Positions 49,965 through 63,241 of a stretch of 64,000 nucleotides of DNA are shown in pieces; positions within the stretch are counted from its first letter, which is position 1, and every line of letters begins with the position of its first letter. The DNA lies in assembly GCF_002105155.1 (NCBI RefSeq), contig NW_019028989.1:496001-560000 (forward strand), written 5' to 3'. This DNA is from Lobosporangium transversale. Its lineage: Eukaryota. The position numbers were made by a program, and so were the translations under genes. The notes under the pieces were generated by a model, which was given only the letters and a program-made list of their open reading frames with translations, ran no database searches and had not been told where the DNA came from.

Positions 49965-52033
49965 CTAATCGAGATCCATAGCTGTGTCAACTGCAAACAT
50001 GGAATCACTTCTGATACGTGGTAATCGGCGGCCTGTATCAAGCCCTGGCACCACCTGCCCAACTTCATCTTTAAAATCCTGAATCATGGGCTCTGCTTTC
50101 ATAGCAACTGATATCGTTGTATAGGGTTGTGCCTGTGGCGGTCGAGACATCGACAGCTGTTGAGTTGATAATGTAGGCAGGGATGCGGCATCATCTATTG
50201 CAACATCACGGCCTTGCGACCACAGTTCGCTGAATGCCTCCAGCGCGTGTATTTCATCTTCCGACACATCTACACCTTCAAAAAGTGCCTGCTCCGACTG
50301 AATGGAATGGTCCACTACCTTCTTAGTTTCATAAATAGGCGTTTCTAGATCCGCAAGTGACAAGCGACGGACCTTGGAGCTGTCATTAGTTGAAAGCTCC
50401 TCATCCGAGCGATTTCCCAGACTAGCACTCCGGGACCGATATCCAAAGGTTGGTGAGGAAATCGGAGGTAGTCGCAAAGATTCACAAGCCGATGACATAT
50501 TTTCTCGAAGAGGTGGGAGAGTTAAATGCTGGCTTGTAGTTGAGTCTACCATACTCCCCCAAGGATGATGTTGCCAATATTGATGGTGCACTGCCCGATT
50601 AATGTAATCCAGTTCACTATTCACATTAATACCATCATCATCAACTTCTTCTTCATCAGAATGCAATGACCGGTCAGGCGAAAGTGGGTGTCTTGCTTGA
50701 TGATGGGTTGGCTGGCAGTCCATCTGATATTCGTACTGACTAAGATTTAGTGGTGGGAGGTGTGCGTCTAGATTCCCATGAGTACGCCCATACTGGCTGT
50801 AGGTGTAGCCGCCAAGAGCTCCAACGTCGACGCTTGACCTATGGTGTAGCTTAGATGCATACCAGGATAATGCCGTTGAGGAGGATGTGGACGATGTACT
50901 AGTGATCGACTCAAGTGAGCCTCTTCGGAGAGATTTAGACGCTGGTATTGTCTGACTTTTCTCGCGAAGCTTACTCTTATCCTTGAGTGAGATTTTTGCT
51001 GAGGTACTGGCGAACTCTAGCCCGGTCGATGACCCTTTTTTAGGTACAATACGTTCATGGTCACGGTCTCCGCTTACATCAGTAGGCAAAGCGATACTGA
51101 GTCCTGGTAAGGAGTTGACACGACTCCTGCGCCCTCCTATAAGAGTTTGTGAGTCCCTTCCTGAGGTGGAAGAAACAGAGTTTCGCTTGGACCTGGGTAC
51201 TTTGCTAGCTCCACGAGTCTGTGAGCCTAAGAGTCCGGCCTCGCTCTTGCGGCGGCTTTCAATGGCGATCTTGGACGCAATCCCTGCAACAGACTCGCGA
51301 CGAGACCCTTTTGTGTGTGTCTGTGTGTGTTGGACCATATTATCAAATCGGCTAAACATTCTCGTGCACCCATCCACTACACATTGGAATGGTTTCTCAC
51401 CCGTATGTTTTCTATCTCATATAAAAAAAGGAAAAATCAGTACAGCTTGACATTATGCTTTGGATGGATGTGTATATTTTGAAGCAAACACAAATGAACA
51501 ACATTTCCATGTTACACTCAGGCACCATGTCCAGTATGGATAATATGGAATTGAATAGCATGAATGTCATGGTAGACATGATGTTTCATTATTGCAAGAC
51601 ATGGCGAAGGTATGAGAATTCTTCCGAGCACAAAAATACTGCCCTGGGCTTTTTTTCGTTTTTTTTTTTAGTGAATAGGGAGAGAGAAACAAAGATCTTA
51701 CCGCGCATGACGAGCAAGGTGTTCACTACGAGTAAATACCATCCGGCAGTCACCAAAGCCTGTGCATTGGAAAAGCTTTCCTTTGGATCCTGTTGTGGAA
51801 GTAGACTTTGTGAGTGCAGGTGATCCGCGATTGGATGATTGGGTGGGCATAATTGAGGGTGCTGGACTACTTTGCTTGCTGCTGCTCCTGCTGGTACACT
51901 TGCTTGGGCTGATTGTGGAGCTGTAATCGGTATCGTGGTAAGTTCTAGTTGTGTTTGTGCCTGTGCCTGTGGCTTTAGGATGTTGCGACTGAAGCTGTTG
52001 ATCCACCTGATAACCGGATGGTACAACTGGCAT
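49965..52033 (-). CDS. Two-finger C2H2 transcription factor, NsdC/Usv1/Rgm1-like (2 exons; intron 51412-51701)
   Basis: [56 protein letters not shown]; first in-frame ATG at 52033. Confidence 0.88.
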
Positions 52034-54942
52034 CCTTGACGGCGTGATGGTAATAGTAGTAGAGAGACTATTTACGTCGTAGTAATGATCTATTTGACTT
52101 TTTGTTTTGAGTGACTGATAATTCAAAAAATACTAAGTATAAGGGCCTTTGAGGAATGTGTTCCTGAAAAAAGGGAATAAAAAAAGTCGTTGATAATGGA
52201 TATACAAGGGCCAAGCCAGAAGTAATCAAATGGAGAGTGCAGTGTAATCACAGCAAACAAAGGTGTCCATTAAAGAATGTGAGTGTGCAAACACAAATGT
52301 GGGTTTGTGCATAAAGGAAAAGGGCAGGGGAGAGAGAAAAAGGTAAAAGAAGGCAAGAAGGAAGAAAGAGAGGAAGGAAAAAGAAAAAAAGGTTAACAAC
52401 CTGGAACAATCTATTAAAATTAGAGGAGCAACGACCAAGGAAGGGCGCTTTGACTCTGATACTGTCAATCACTGTTTGTCCGTCTTTTGCCTCCCATGCT
52501 CATGCATATTGTTCATATTACAAAGTGTGGAGGAAATCCTTTTCCTTCCATACACAACACACTGCCCGATACAGATTTCCCCACAAGAACAGATCTTTGT
52601 TGGGCAAAGCCATAAAAATAAAAAATAAAAATGAAAAATGAAAAATGAAAATCCAGCTGCGGCGGCAGGATACAGAAATGGAAAGGAAAAGAACAATAGA
52701 GGGTTACTCACATAGGATGCGCTCAGGCACAAGAGATGATGAATTGTATACTTATTACCCACAGAAGAAGGTGATCTGGAACAAAAAAAAATTGGAGGTA
52801 CGTGGACGAGTAAGAAAGAAGAGAAGAAGAGAAATGAAGAGAAGTGAAGAGAAGTGAAAAAAAGAAGAATAAACAAGACAAATAAAAATCGTACTTTTTA
52901 GTTGAATTGAAGGAGACATCGACATGTGTGCGTGTTGTGCTAGGACAACAGAGAAGGCACCAGCACCAAATGATAATAAAAAAAAAAATGGTGCCTGAAA
53001 AAAAGGGACAATGGGACAATGTGTAAAACGCAATGAATATCAGGCATGTCTCAATCTTCAATGCACATACAAATACCCACGCACGCACATATTTTACTTA
53101 CTGATCCAAGAGAGAGAGAAAGAGAATAAATGAAGAAAGAAAAATACAAGAACAATACAAGCCAGTGCAGTAATGTTGGCACACACGAGAATAGAAAGAC
53201 GACGACGACGACGAACGTTTGTTTCTGACCTTGTCTGATTCTTGTAAAGGAGGGGAGAAGGAAGAGGAGGAACGAGGGCTTGCATAACCATCACATCAAC
53301 ATGCATGCAATGCATGCCCCCCAGTTTACTTCACTCGTTGTCCAAATTCCCTCGCTCTCTTTTAAAGATAGGGCTAGTGGAAAGGAACAAAGAACCATCC
53401 ATCCACTTTGACTCTACGATTAATTAAATGTTCCCAGCCCAGGCACTGAATAGCTTCGTCTGATGGAATATCCCTTTACCACATCCTACCGACATGACCT
53501 TTTTTTTTTTTTTTTTTTTTTTTTTAATCTGCCAATCAATAAAAAAATGACCAAGAGGAGAAGGCAATAACAAAAAACTACCACGATCAAACTACAACAC
53601 CAAAAAAAAGGGGGATTGACACTTCTTTCAGCCCGAGACTCCAATTATCAAACCTCACGAAAAAAATAAACAAGCCGTTATAAAGGATTGTACATCTGTG
53701 TGTGTGCCTGTGCCCACCCTTCCTGCTGTATCCCTTCTACCTGCCCCATTCTCAGTGTGTATTGTGAACAGAATTCGAGCTGCAAACCATTGGTGCTCGT
53801 GGATTCTTGTTTCTCTTATCCCATAACTGCAACGGGTGCAGTGGACAAAAAGGATTATTGGACTAAGAGCCGAACAAGTTTCATGATGTGGAGTACTGTT
53901 TCTGCCGTTCTATTGTGAACTTACCTGAAACGTGATCTACTTGATCAGTCCAGTCAGATCAAATATAAAAAAAAAAAAAAAAGAAATAAAAAACACTCCC
54001 TCGTTGATGTCGCTCGACAAGCCCAACAAGATAAAGTAATATTGCGCTGTCGTGGTGTGAGTTTGAAGTTTGAAGGGTACTTCTGTTCTTTTTGTTACAA
54101 AAGGAATAAAAAATGAGTGTTCCTTTAGCTTTAGAGTTGTGTGACGGAAGTATGAAGCGAGCAGGGCGTAACGATTGTTTAGTTGCAAACGCAATGTCCA
54201 AAGTAGGAAATAGCGAGGATAACGAATAAAATCTGGCCTCAGACAAATAATGGAGGAAGTGGGAAGAGGTGAAATGCAGAAGTAAGGTGCCTGCAGGGTA
54301 CAAAAAATAACAGCAAAAGATAAAGAGGAAAAAAATTAAAAAAAGGGAAAGGAAAAAAAAAAAAAAAAAAAGCGGAGGTTCAACTGACAAAGAGAAAAGG
54401 GTGTAAGGCCAAATAAAAACGAAACAGTGGAACAAAAAAAAAGTTGGATAGTGGTTTAGTTCAAGCAACGATGTTGAGAGGTTCTCGCGTCTTTCTATTC
54501 ATGCAAACGCACCTGAAAGTTCCTGCATGTGAGTGTAGATGTTCCTTGCTACAGTCAGTAACTGTTGCTTTGTGTTGCTTTGTAAAATAGTTTGTCTTTA
54601 TATTGCTTCATTGCTGTCATTGACATATCAAACTGTTGCGTAGTTTGCTTCTTCCTTCCTTCCCTCCTTTTTCATGATCATCTTTTTTTAAAAAAAAAAA
54701 TCATGACTTGGCCTAGTTTGATACGAAATTTGTGAAATCAAGATGCGGTCACAACTTTACTATTGGATTTTGCTGCGCGACAAGTGTCTCTGTTTCTGGA
54801 TTGGTTTTTTTTTGTGCCTGTCTGCCGCAAGGAATATCGCAACTCTTGACAGGGGACCGAACAGAAAGCGCGGGAAAACAAAATAGCAAGAAGGCATTTT
54901 GTCCTCGTTCTTCCATGGCAGTTTACTTTTTCTTTATTACAA

Positions 54943-55377
54943 TTACTTTGGAATTAACACAATAACATCATCCTGTCCTCGGAACATGTCTCCAGTCTTA
55001 CGTGCATATTGCTTCATGTTCACAGGGATCATCTTGGATCCATTATAGCGTGCTATATTAAATTCTGTAGGTACATCATCAATCTCCTATGGGTTATGGA
55101 TGTTGTAAAATAAAGAATTTGGAACAGTTAAAATAAAAAATAGGGTTTCTTTGTTATAAAAAATGATCATAAATGAAAGACGATCGACCGCAGATCTATT
55201 TTTTTTTCTACTACCTCGTGGATCAATTGAACTGTTTTCTCAATAGTATCATCCACATTGGCGAAAATGGCACCAAGTAGATGATCATCTGTAACAGATC
55301 GACTGTAGACTAGAATCTCTTTTGCTACTGCATTAAAGAAATTAACAGGACAAGGAAATCAAGACTTAGCCATGGCG

Positions 55378-55411
<34 letters not shown>

Positions 55412-55901
55412 CATCATTGTCACGTACCAAGGGCATCGCTTGACGCACCATCTACGCTAGTACTAGCATAAGCTGCTGCATATGCAGCTGCTGTAGCATC
55501 AGTGACAGCATTAATATTTGCCATAGTCGACGTATTTGTAGAAATTTCATTTGCTGTTATAGGCAACGCTTCCAATGCAAGTTTGGGGTTTGAGAGAGCA
55601 AATGCCTCCTGATTCAATTTAGGATTGTCTGTCGATCCATCAGGGAGAGACCAGAGTTTTGAAAGATCCAAATTTGTAAGATATGATGGGACAAATGTAA
55701 AGTTCTTGGTCCCATCATCATTTTTCCCCTCAGTTTCTTCTTCCACGACTTCTTTGCCGTAAAGCTCACAGATCTCTGGTTTTTTCGCCAGATCAACAGG
55801 TGTCTCTCCCTTCTTGTTCTTCACATCCTTGCGTGCTCCTCGTAGCAGCAATGCACGAACAATTGGTTCGTGCCCACGATGTGTTGCCCAATGCAATGCT
55901 G

Positions 55902-55944
<43 letters not shown>

Positions 55945-56271
55945 GAAATGATTTCATGATATGCGCATGTCAATTAGGGGTTCTAAAGTTCCTGCTTGTC
56001 GACGTTTCTTTGGCGTCATAAAACAATGTCAATGTCAACTTTACTATGACTATATAAAAATATACCATCCGTTCATGGTGTTCTGACCGTTGACATCGAC
56101 TCCGCTTTGACAGTAATGTAATACTGCCTTCAGGTTGCCGATTGCTGCCATCTCGTGCAAGTCATTGATCCTAAAAAAAAGTTACTTCTCAATATGATGT
56201 TCGCTTTTTTCTTTCTTAGTATTGTAGCCTAGCGATATAAATGTGTGTTGTTACCTTGCGTCCATCTCCAT
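54943..56271 (-). CDS. Ankyrin-repeat protein, ANKRD40-like (5 exons)
   Basis: LHEMAAIGNL...GVDVNGQNTMNGW/TALHWA...KGETPVDL...FVPSYL parallels the ANKRD40 N-terminus; two further exons end in VIVLIPK*. Confidence 0.8.
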
Positions 56272-56404
56272 GATCTGTTAGATTGTTACTGTAATGATTC
56301 TGGAATATTGGTATCGTTTAGGGGATTTTATCGTGATTGCAAATCAAGTTCAAGCCACGGCAAATATTTTTAATATGAAGCTGAAGACCTCAATGATCAC
56401 TAAA

Positions 56405-59400
56405 TTACTGTGCCCATATTGAGCTCACAAGCGACTTGAGCTTGTCTCGTTTGCGTCCTATTTCCATGGATTGTTGCTTTTGTTGATGATGTATCGAATC
56501 CGTTCTACTCGAACTCACTCGCCCCATAATTTCTGCTAATGGTCCACTGTGACCTATGCTTGGTATTACTGTGCTTGTCGTATCATGCACGGTTGCGTTG
56601 CCTGGATTGTAGCCTGCTCCATATCCTAATGACGCCGCAGTAGATCCATCTCCTCCATCTCTACTTGCAATAGATAATCCACTAGATACAGATCCCGCTC
56701 TATCCATTACAGTCGACATAAAACCTGTCATAATGCCCTTACGAGGGTCCACTTCGGGTACGGGAGCATGAACAGACTCCATCTCAAGGGACCTCCAGAG
56801 TTCTAATATACTTTCAATCTTCTCCGGAGGACAGCATGCCATGGCGTATCCTAGTACTGCTAAGCGTTTGTAGTATTCACGTCCTACAGACTCATTCGCT
56901 ACCTGAACAAACGTTTCCCAAGGTGCTTTTGCATCAGGGTCAAGATAACCAGACTGCAGTGGCTTCTGTGTTATGGTACCTGTACCTGCTCTGGAACTTG
57001 GTTGTGAAGATGGACTTCCACTGGTGGAATACGATGGCGAGACAGGCCTCGAAGTTGTAGATAGCGATCCAGATGCGCCACTATGACCAATGTTAATGTC
57101 CTCATGACCAGAGTTAAAACTGCTCGCACTATTGCTCTTGAGGACACGTCTCACTCTAGGTGATCCATCAGGGTTCAAGTCCACAGAGCCCGATATTTTG
57201 AGCAACTCCATGAGCCGATCGGATTGTTGTAATGCAAACACATGGTTGTGTTCCTTGAGTGCCGCCTCAATCAACATTCCTACTACTTGAATCTCAATTT
57301 GCTGGCGATGCGATTTCTTTTGACCCGCGCCTGTGACCTTGATGGCCAATTCTAACATGGCTTCATGGTCATGGTAAGCATTTTCCTGAGTCATGATCAG
57401 CCTTCGGACTAAAGATAGTCGATGCTCTGTGGCACGAATTTGGAATGGGAGTATAACTGAACTAGATCCAGGTGCTGTAAGGCTGTATGTCGATGTCATA
57501 AAGTTGGTTGCCTCAATTAAATCCATTTCTCGGCGAATATTTGTCGTTTCTGGAAGAACCTTCAGGCTATGAAATATGAAGCCAAAGTGCAAACATTAGT
57601 CACTAGTGATTTTTTTTTTTTTTTTTTTGTAATATTTCACATCTTCTTACCAGTCATATGCCATCTTCATAAGCCCTTGATGTCTATTCCCTGACGTTGC
57701 GTTGTTATACATTTCATTCGAACAATCAATGACCAGCTTTTCTGCAACTGCTAAGCGCACTGGAGGGAGCAGGCCGGGTGGGAACAAGATAGCCTTGGCG
57801 AGTTCAAACTCTGTAATAGAAATATACGAACGACACATATCCAATATTTAAATAAGAATTACAAAGAAGCCCAGGATTTAATACAGGGAATAGATTCGCA
57901 TGAAACCACTTACTTCCACAACTCAGAACACCGGCCAAGTATTCTTTGTAAATGTCCTGCTCTGACACCAAGCCTAAGACCCCATCCCCTTTTTCGCCTC
58001 CACGAAGACGGATCAAATCTTCAAGAAGCAACATCCACTCATCATCACTTTCAAATCGCTCGCCCATCTTTTCAGGCCCACCGCTAGCTAATCGTGCCAT
58101 CTTGATGACCATATGTAGTTGATTTGCCTCAGAATCAGAGTTTTCGAGGAACCAAGAAAGCTGTACAGGTAGGTCATACCGAGCGAGCACCTCTGCAGCA
58201 GTCAGATGTTTCTCGAGTGTATCAAGAGCGTGCTGCATCAAGCCTTGTGTGGGTGCATATTTGACGAACGCTGGGTACATATTGAGAGGATCAACTTGCT
58301 GAGCTATCCGTGGACGACTAGGAGTAAGGGCAAGAGCAGGTAGTGAGGTACTGTTGTTATTGTCGTTGCTGTTGTTATTTTGAATATAACCATCATCGCC
58401 CCGTGCAGGAAGAAAAATGTCCTTGCGTAGCTCTGCACGTCTTACTTTATCCACTACTTCATCCACGTCCTCAGTCTGCTCAAATATGGGCAGACATACA
58501 ATCATGTCACTCATCACTTTCCAATCGGATACAGTCCTGCAACCATACATGCATGACATAGTCAGCCAAGCGAGCTCCATGTCATTACTGATGATACGCT
58601 CCTCCGGTTCATAAACAGGTTTAGATTCTTGTATAACTGCGCCAACCCACGGCAGATGATTGGGACTCTGAGTTAGTAGATATGTGTACAAATACGACAT
58701 GGGGTTGCGAGAATCCTGGCCTTCAGGTAGTCCTTGTTCAGGAGCGTGCAGGGGACCATTCCGCTGCCACCGTCTTGGAAGTACAACAGTGAGGAAAGGC
58801 AGGACCAAACGTCGAATATCCTGCACAATCGTAAACTCATCGGTCATACTTAAACACAGCTTTACAACCTCCATAGGATTCATCAACGAAAACTTCTCTA
58901 ACGACATATCCAAAACGATATCACTCCACTTGGCCTTGGCCTCAGGGCTGCGATTGTCGGGCTTTATCTCGTAGATTAGTTTGCATAGGATCTCGAGGTC
59001 CTCATTTATTGACTCTAGACCAGGGATGTGGTGATCAATTCCGTACCGAATCAGTCGGCGCTCTTCGAGGATCTGGCCTGCTGTCCTGTCAATCTCCAGA
59101 ACACGATCAATATACCAGTGCGAGAGGGTTTCGTTTGAGGCAAAAGAGGACTGTGGTGACGGTAGGATCTCTTCGGCCTCTTTCTTGATGAGAGCCATAT
59201 CAAGCGACGCTGCCTCGTCACCTCCATGCGCTGCCCTACGTTCCTCCAGGACTAACGCCTGCTGCTCAAGGTACGCATCCATCTCATGGTCTGATGATCC
59301 GAACACCAATGTCCTAAACTCCGGCACTTCAACCCAATCAAGATCTTTCCAAGGGCGATCCGGAGTCCAAGGCTTTTCTGAAGCTGCTTTAGCATCGATT

Positions 59401-62281
59401 TGTGGCAGAAGGTCGAGGTAGAGCCCCACTGGGTATGTCGCTGGAATGCGGTTTAAAATAGCTAGTCGCCATGGCCACGTTTCGCGGTTGTGGCGTGTGA
59501 AGAGGATCCTGACACCTTCAATAAACTCTGACTCCGCATACATCTGCGCTTGCCCCGCTAGATCCACATCTTTGAATGAATTAAATTGACCAGTAAGGAG
59601 TGGCAAGGGCGGTGGCTTTGAGTCATTGGGACCATCGCAGAGACCAAATGGATCAAGCGGAGCATGTGTTTGAGACTTCTGCCGCTGCAACTTTGATATC
59701 CTTTCTTCTTCTTGCGCCCTATTCTCTTTTTCTGCAGTGGTGAGTTCCACGAATGTTGAGAGTCTGCTCATATATTTCAGGAAATACCAGCGATACTTGC
59801 ACCAAAGAACCTCCTTTTCTGTTAATTGAATTGCCAATAAAGCCTCCTTGGCCTTTATATCCATGGCCTCTCCAGAGGCTGCTGCTCGAATCCAGTCGAT
59901 TTTGACCTCCTTAGATAGCTCACACCTATGGATAATGTCGTCCATAAGGGTTTCTGTCAAATTTAAGCCATACTCGAGAAGTGTCCTAATACTCTCTTGA
60001 TCCTCAGTGGGGCTGTCGATACAATGGGCAAGGACCCATTGCTTGTCAGTAATCTTGTCAAGTAAAGTCGACACGACCTCCACATTAAATAAGCTCAGCT
60101 GCCTCAATTGGTGCTGATAAATGACGTCTGTATTCAACTCGTATGTTGTAGCGATGGCTAATGCAGAACTGTAATCCTTCATATCCAATTTACGATAGAG
60201 CAACTCTTCTGGTGGGACTCGAAGTATTCTGTATAGACTCAGCGTTCGTTTAGGGACCAATATCAATTTTTGACGCTTCAATCGATGCTCACCTACATCT
60301 TTGGATTCGAAATATTTCATCAGCTGGGCAACCCATTTGAATAGCAGTCTCTCGTTTCCCATCATCTGCGCAATCTCCTCCTCAGTAGGCTCTCCCAAAG
60401 CCTTGTCTTCTTGATCTGTCATCATAATCCAACGGTCCCCGATGACTCTTGCGCGAATCATTCGTGTGATCTCCTCGACCACAAATACCTGCTCGTCATG
60501 CATCTTGAGTCCAGAGTTAGTGAACTCAAGGCAGGAGGCGAACACCCGAGGTTCTTGGCCCAAAATGTTAATCAGCTCTGGAATTTGCAGGACAATCATA
60601 GCACCGCTCTCATATCCCAATAGAATTGCATCCTTGGTCCAATATCGCATCGAGACACACCTACCGTTAACAACACCGATGAGATGGGATGAAGTTCCAT
60701 TTGAGTGGTACTCCTGAACAAGTTTTTGAAATTCATCAAAAGACAAAGCAGCGTGCTCATTCGCGCGTGCATAGTAGTTTAAGTGATCCTTGTCCCATGT
60801 CATCTTTACGCATCCACCCTGCTCCTTAGATACTAGCCAGCTGGTAAGTGACCCCGTGCAATCCAATGAAAGGGATCCATATATTTCATGGTGGATAATG
60901 GTGTGGACGGAATTCCTACAAAGGTTGGTATCACGTTCAAATAATCTTTGCACAATAAGACCTGCGGCAACAAGGCCAGTTGATGGCTTCCTCATATTGG
61001 GAGATTGGTTTGTCCTGCTCAAGGTTGTGACTAGTGAGTCGTCGAGCTGCTCATCCGATTTGTACTTTCTATAATAAGGTGATTCGGCTTTCATAATGCA
61101 AAATATGACCCCTGAAGTCACTTCGATGTCATCTACCGCGAATTAGCCATCAATAACAGTTAGGCAATTGAAGCTTTTTTTTTTTTTTTTTTTTTAGGAG
61201 GCTGGAACACGGTGCAATAATGAAGATTACCTGGAGACTTTTTACTTTTGTGCGGCGCCCCTCCAATAATAATGATACCGTTATTCTCATCCACACTCGC
61301 ACACATCGTAGTTCTGAACCAGGGGCTGAAAGTAAACTTGTGATAAAAGCAAAAATAGCCTGGATCTGAGAAGCCCTCTCTTGGCCAAGTAGTCCGCCTC
61401 GGTGACAATAGGGAATGTGTCGCAAGGGTTGATCGACGATGCTGAAGATTATTTCTTATCGGTTCATCTTCGGAAGGTGAAACCATGGATGCGTCCAACT
61501 CGTCGAATGCTTCGGGTGCATTGAAGAGATAGCTTCGGAGGACACCATCATATGTGATTGTGATGAGTTCATACGCATACTCATTGCCATTGAATTTGAC
61601 TGTTGGGTTATCACTCGAAACTGTTTTCCGTACATTGGTGAAGCCGATATAACTAAGGGGCTCAACAAACAGTTGGTTCGATCCACTGTTGGTCGTCAGC
61701 TCCTCTCCAGTTGAGGCGTCTTGTTGGTCGTTGGGTAAAATGGTTCCAATAAGTCGTCCCTTGATGTCCACAATTTCAATCATCCCATCACTGTAGCTCC
61801 TGGCCACAAGGCGTGAGTCAGCACTCCAAGCAATCTTCCTCCATTTGGGATAGAAGTCCTGATGTCGTTTTGCGGTAGCACCCCAGGCGGCATGAACGAT
61901 CTGATAGCTAGAATTGAGGGTTCTAAATTCGATTTTGTCCTCGTGATTAACAGCAAGGAATTGACAGTCAGGACTAAGGGAAATCTGCCAAGCCGATTTA
62001 AGTGGTGTAAGAGTTGAAGCGATACCGGATGGGACTGTAGTGGTAAGAAAGAGTGGTGAGATGTTTGCGGCGATGCGTCTCAGAAACCATTGTTTCCAAC
62101 GGTCTAGCACAACAAGCTGCTGAGAGAGTGAGGATGAGAGCTGCGTACTTTGTTGCTCTTGCTGCTGTTGCTGGTAGAATTGGTCTTTTGTGGAAAGCAA
62201 TAGTGACAAGTCCGCTGTATTATCATTGGGTGTCCATGTGGCGACGACATCGATATCGTAAAGCTGCCTTTGTTTCTCCAT
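56405..62281 (-). CDS. SEC39: NBAS/Sec39 (NRZ/Dsl1 tethering complex subunit), 4 exons
   Basis: DFYPKWRKIAWSADS, PEELLYRKLDMKDYSSALAIA, WRLAILNRIP, WYIDRVLEIDRTAGQ, LSCG/FELAK, YNNATSGNRHQGLMKMA. Confidence 0.9.
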
Positions 62282-63241
62282 TTTGTAATAGAATGAGTTG
62301 ATGACAATCCAAGAACAGCTTTTCAAGGTGAGCTATTATGGCTAGTTTTATTGCTCACTCGTCTAAGGAGAATGAGACCCTCCTATGGATGACAACTTTA
62401 GGATGAATTTGTTCTCGAGCATTGACGGCATTAATTGTGACGTGTTTTTTCACTCTAGTAATCGAGATCGCACCTCTTGTTGTGCAACATAGCGTTAGGA
62501 AATGCGTGTGCCACGCAGTTGGCTAGTTGGTGATTGCCACACGGCCATTCTCCCTATGAGCTCGCCCTTGCTGGTTGCAGAAGCGGATTTATAACCCAGT
62601 CCTCGTCAAGGTTGTGGATACAAAGTGACTCTCTCAACTTCTTCAATACTGTCTATTGACTCCATCAAGGACATACGAGTAACAGCAATACAGTTTGCCA
62701 GCATGCACTTTTAAAGATACCCTTGAACTTGTAAGTTGTAACTTGCTGCCAGAATTGTCACGTCTTCAAGCAACATCCCCAGCAAATCGAGCTCGAATTT
62801 GAGGCCATTTGGCTTCTAAGATAAGCTCACTCTTACTTTGTCAAGCCACTTGTCGCTACGTGTGTGAAATGATACTTCTCCAATCGATACAATACCAATA
62901 AAAGCTAATACAGCAAAGCTTTCCCGCCCGTGGCTGAGTGCTGTGAAGACATGCCCGTTGGAGCAATTGGAGGCAAAAAAAAAAATTTAGTCCGATGTCT
63001 GAATCAAAATACGCCTGCGCCAGGCTAAAAGATAAAAAAGATCGATCAATCAGTCAATTGTGTCCATTTTACACACCTTTGCTTTCTTGTCATCGCATCC
63101 CTCTTTCCTTCTTTCCCTCTCTCTTCCTATTTCCTTTATAGATCGCAAAGGTGTCGAGGCTTGTTCTCTCTTTCGCGTATAATAATCTTTTCCTACTCCT
63201 TTGACGAATCACTTCAAAACGGAATTGACACTTTGTTATTA

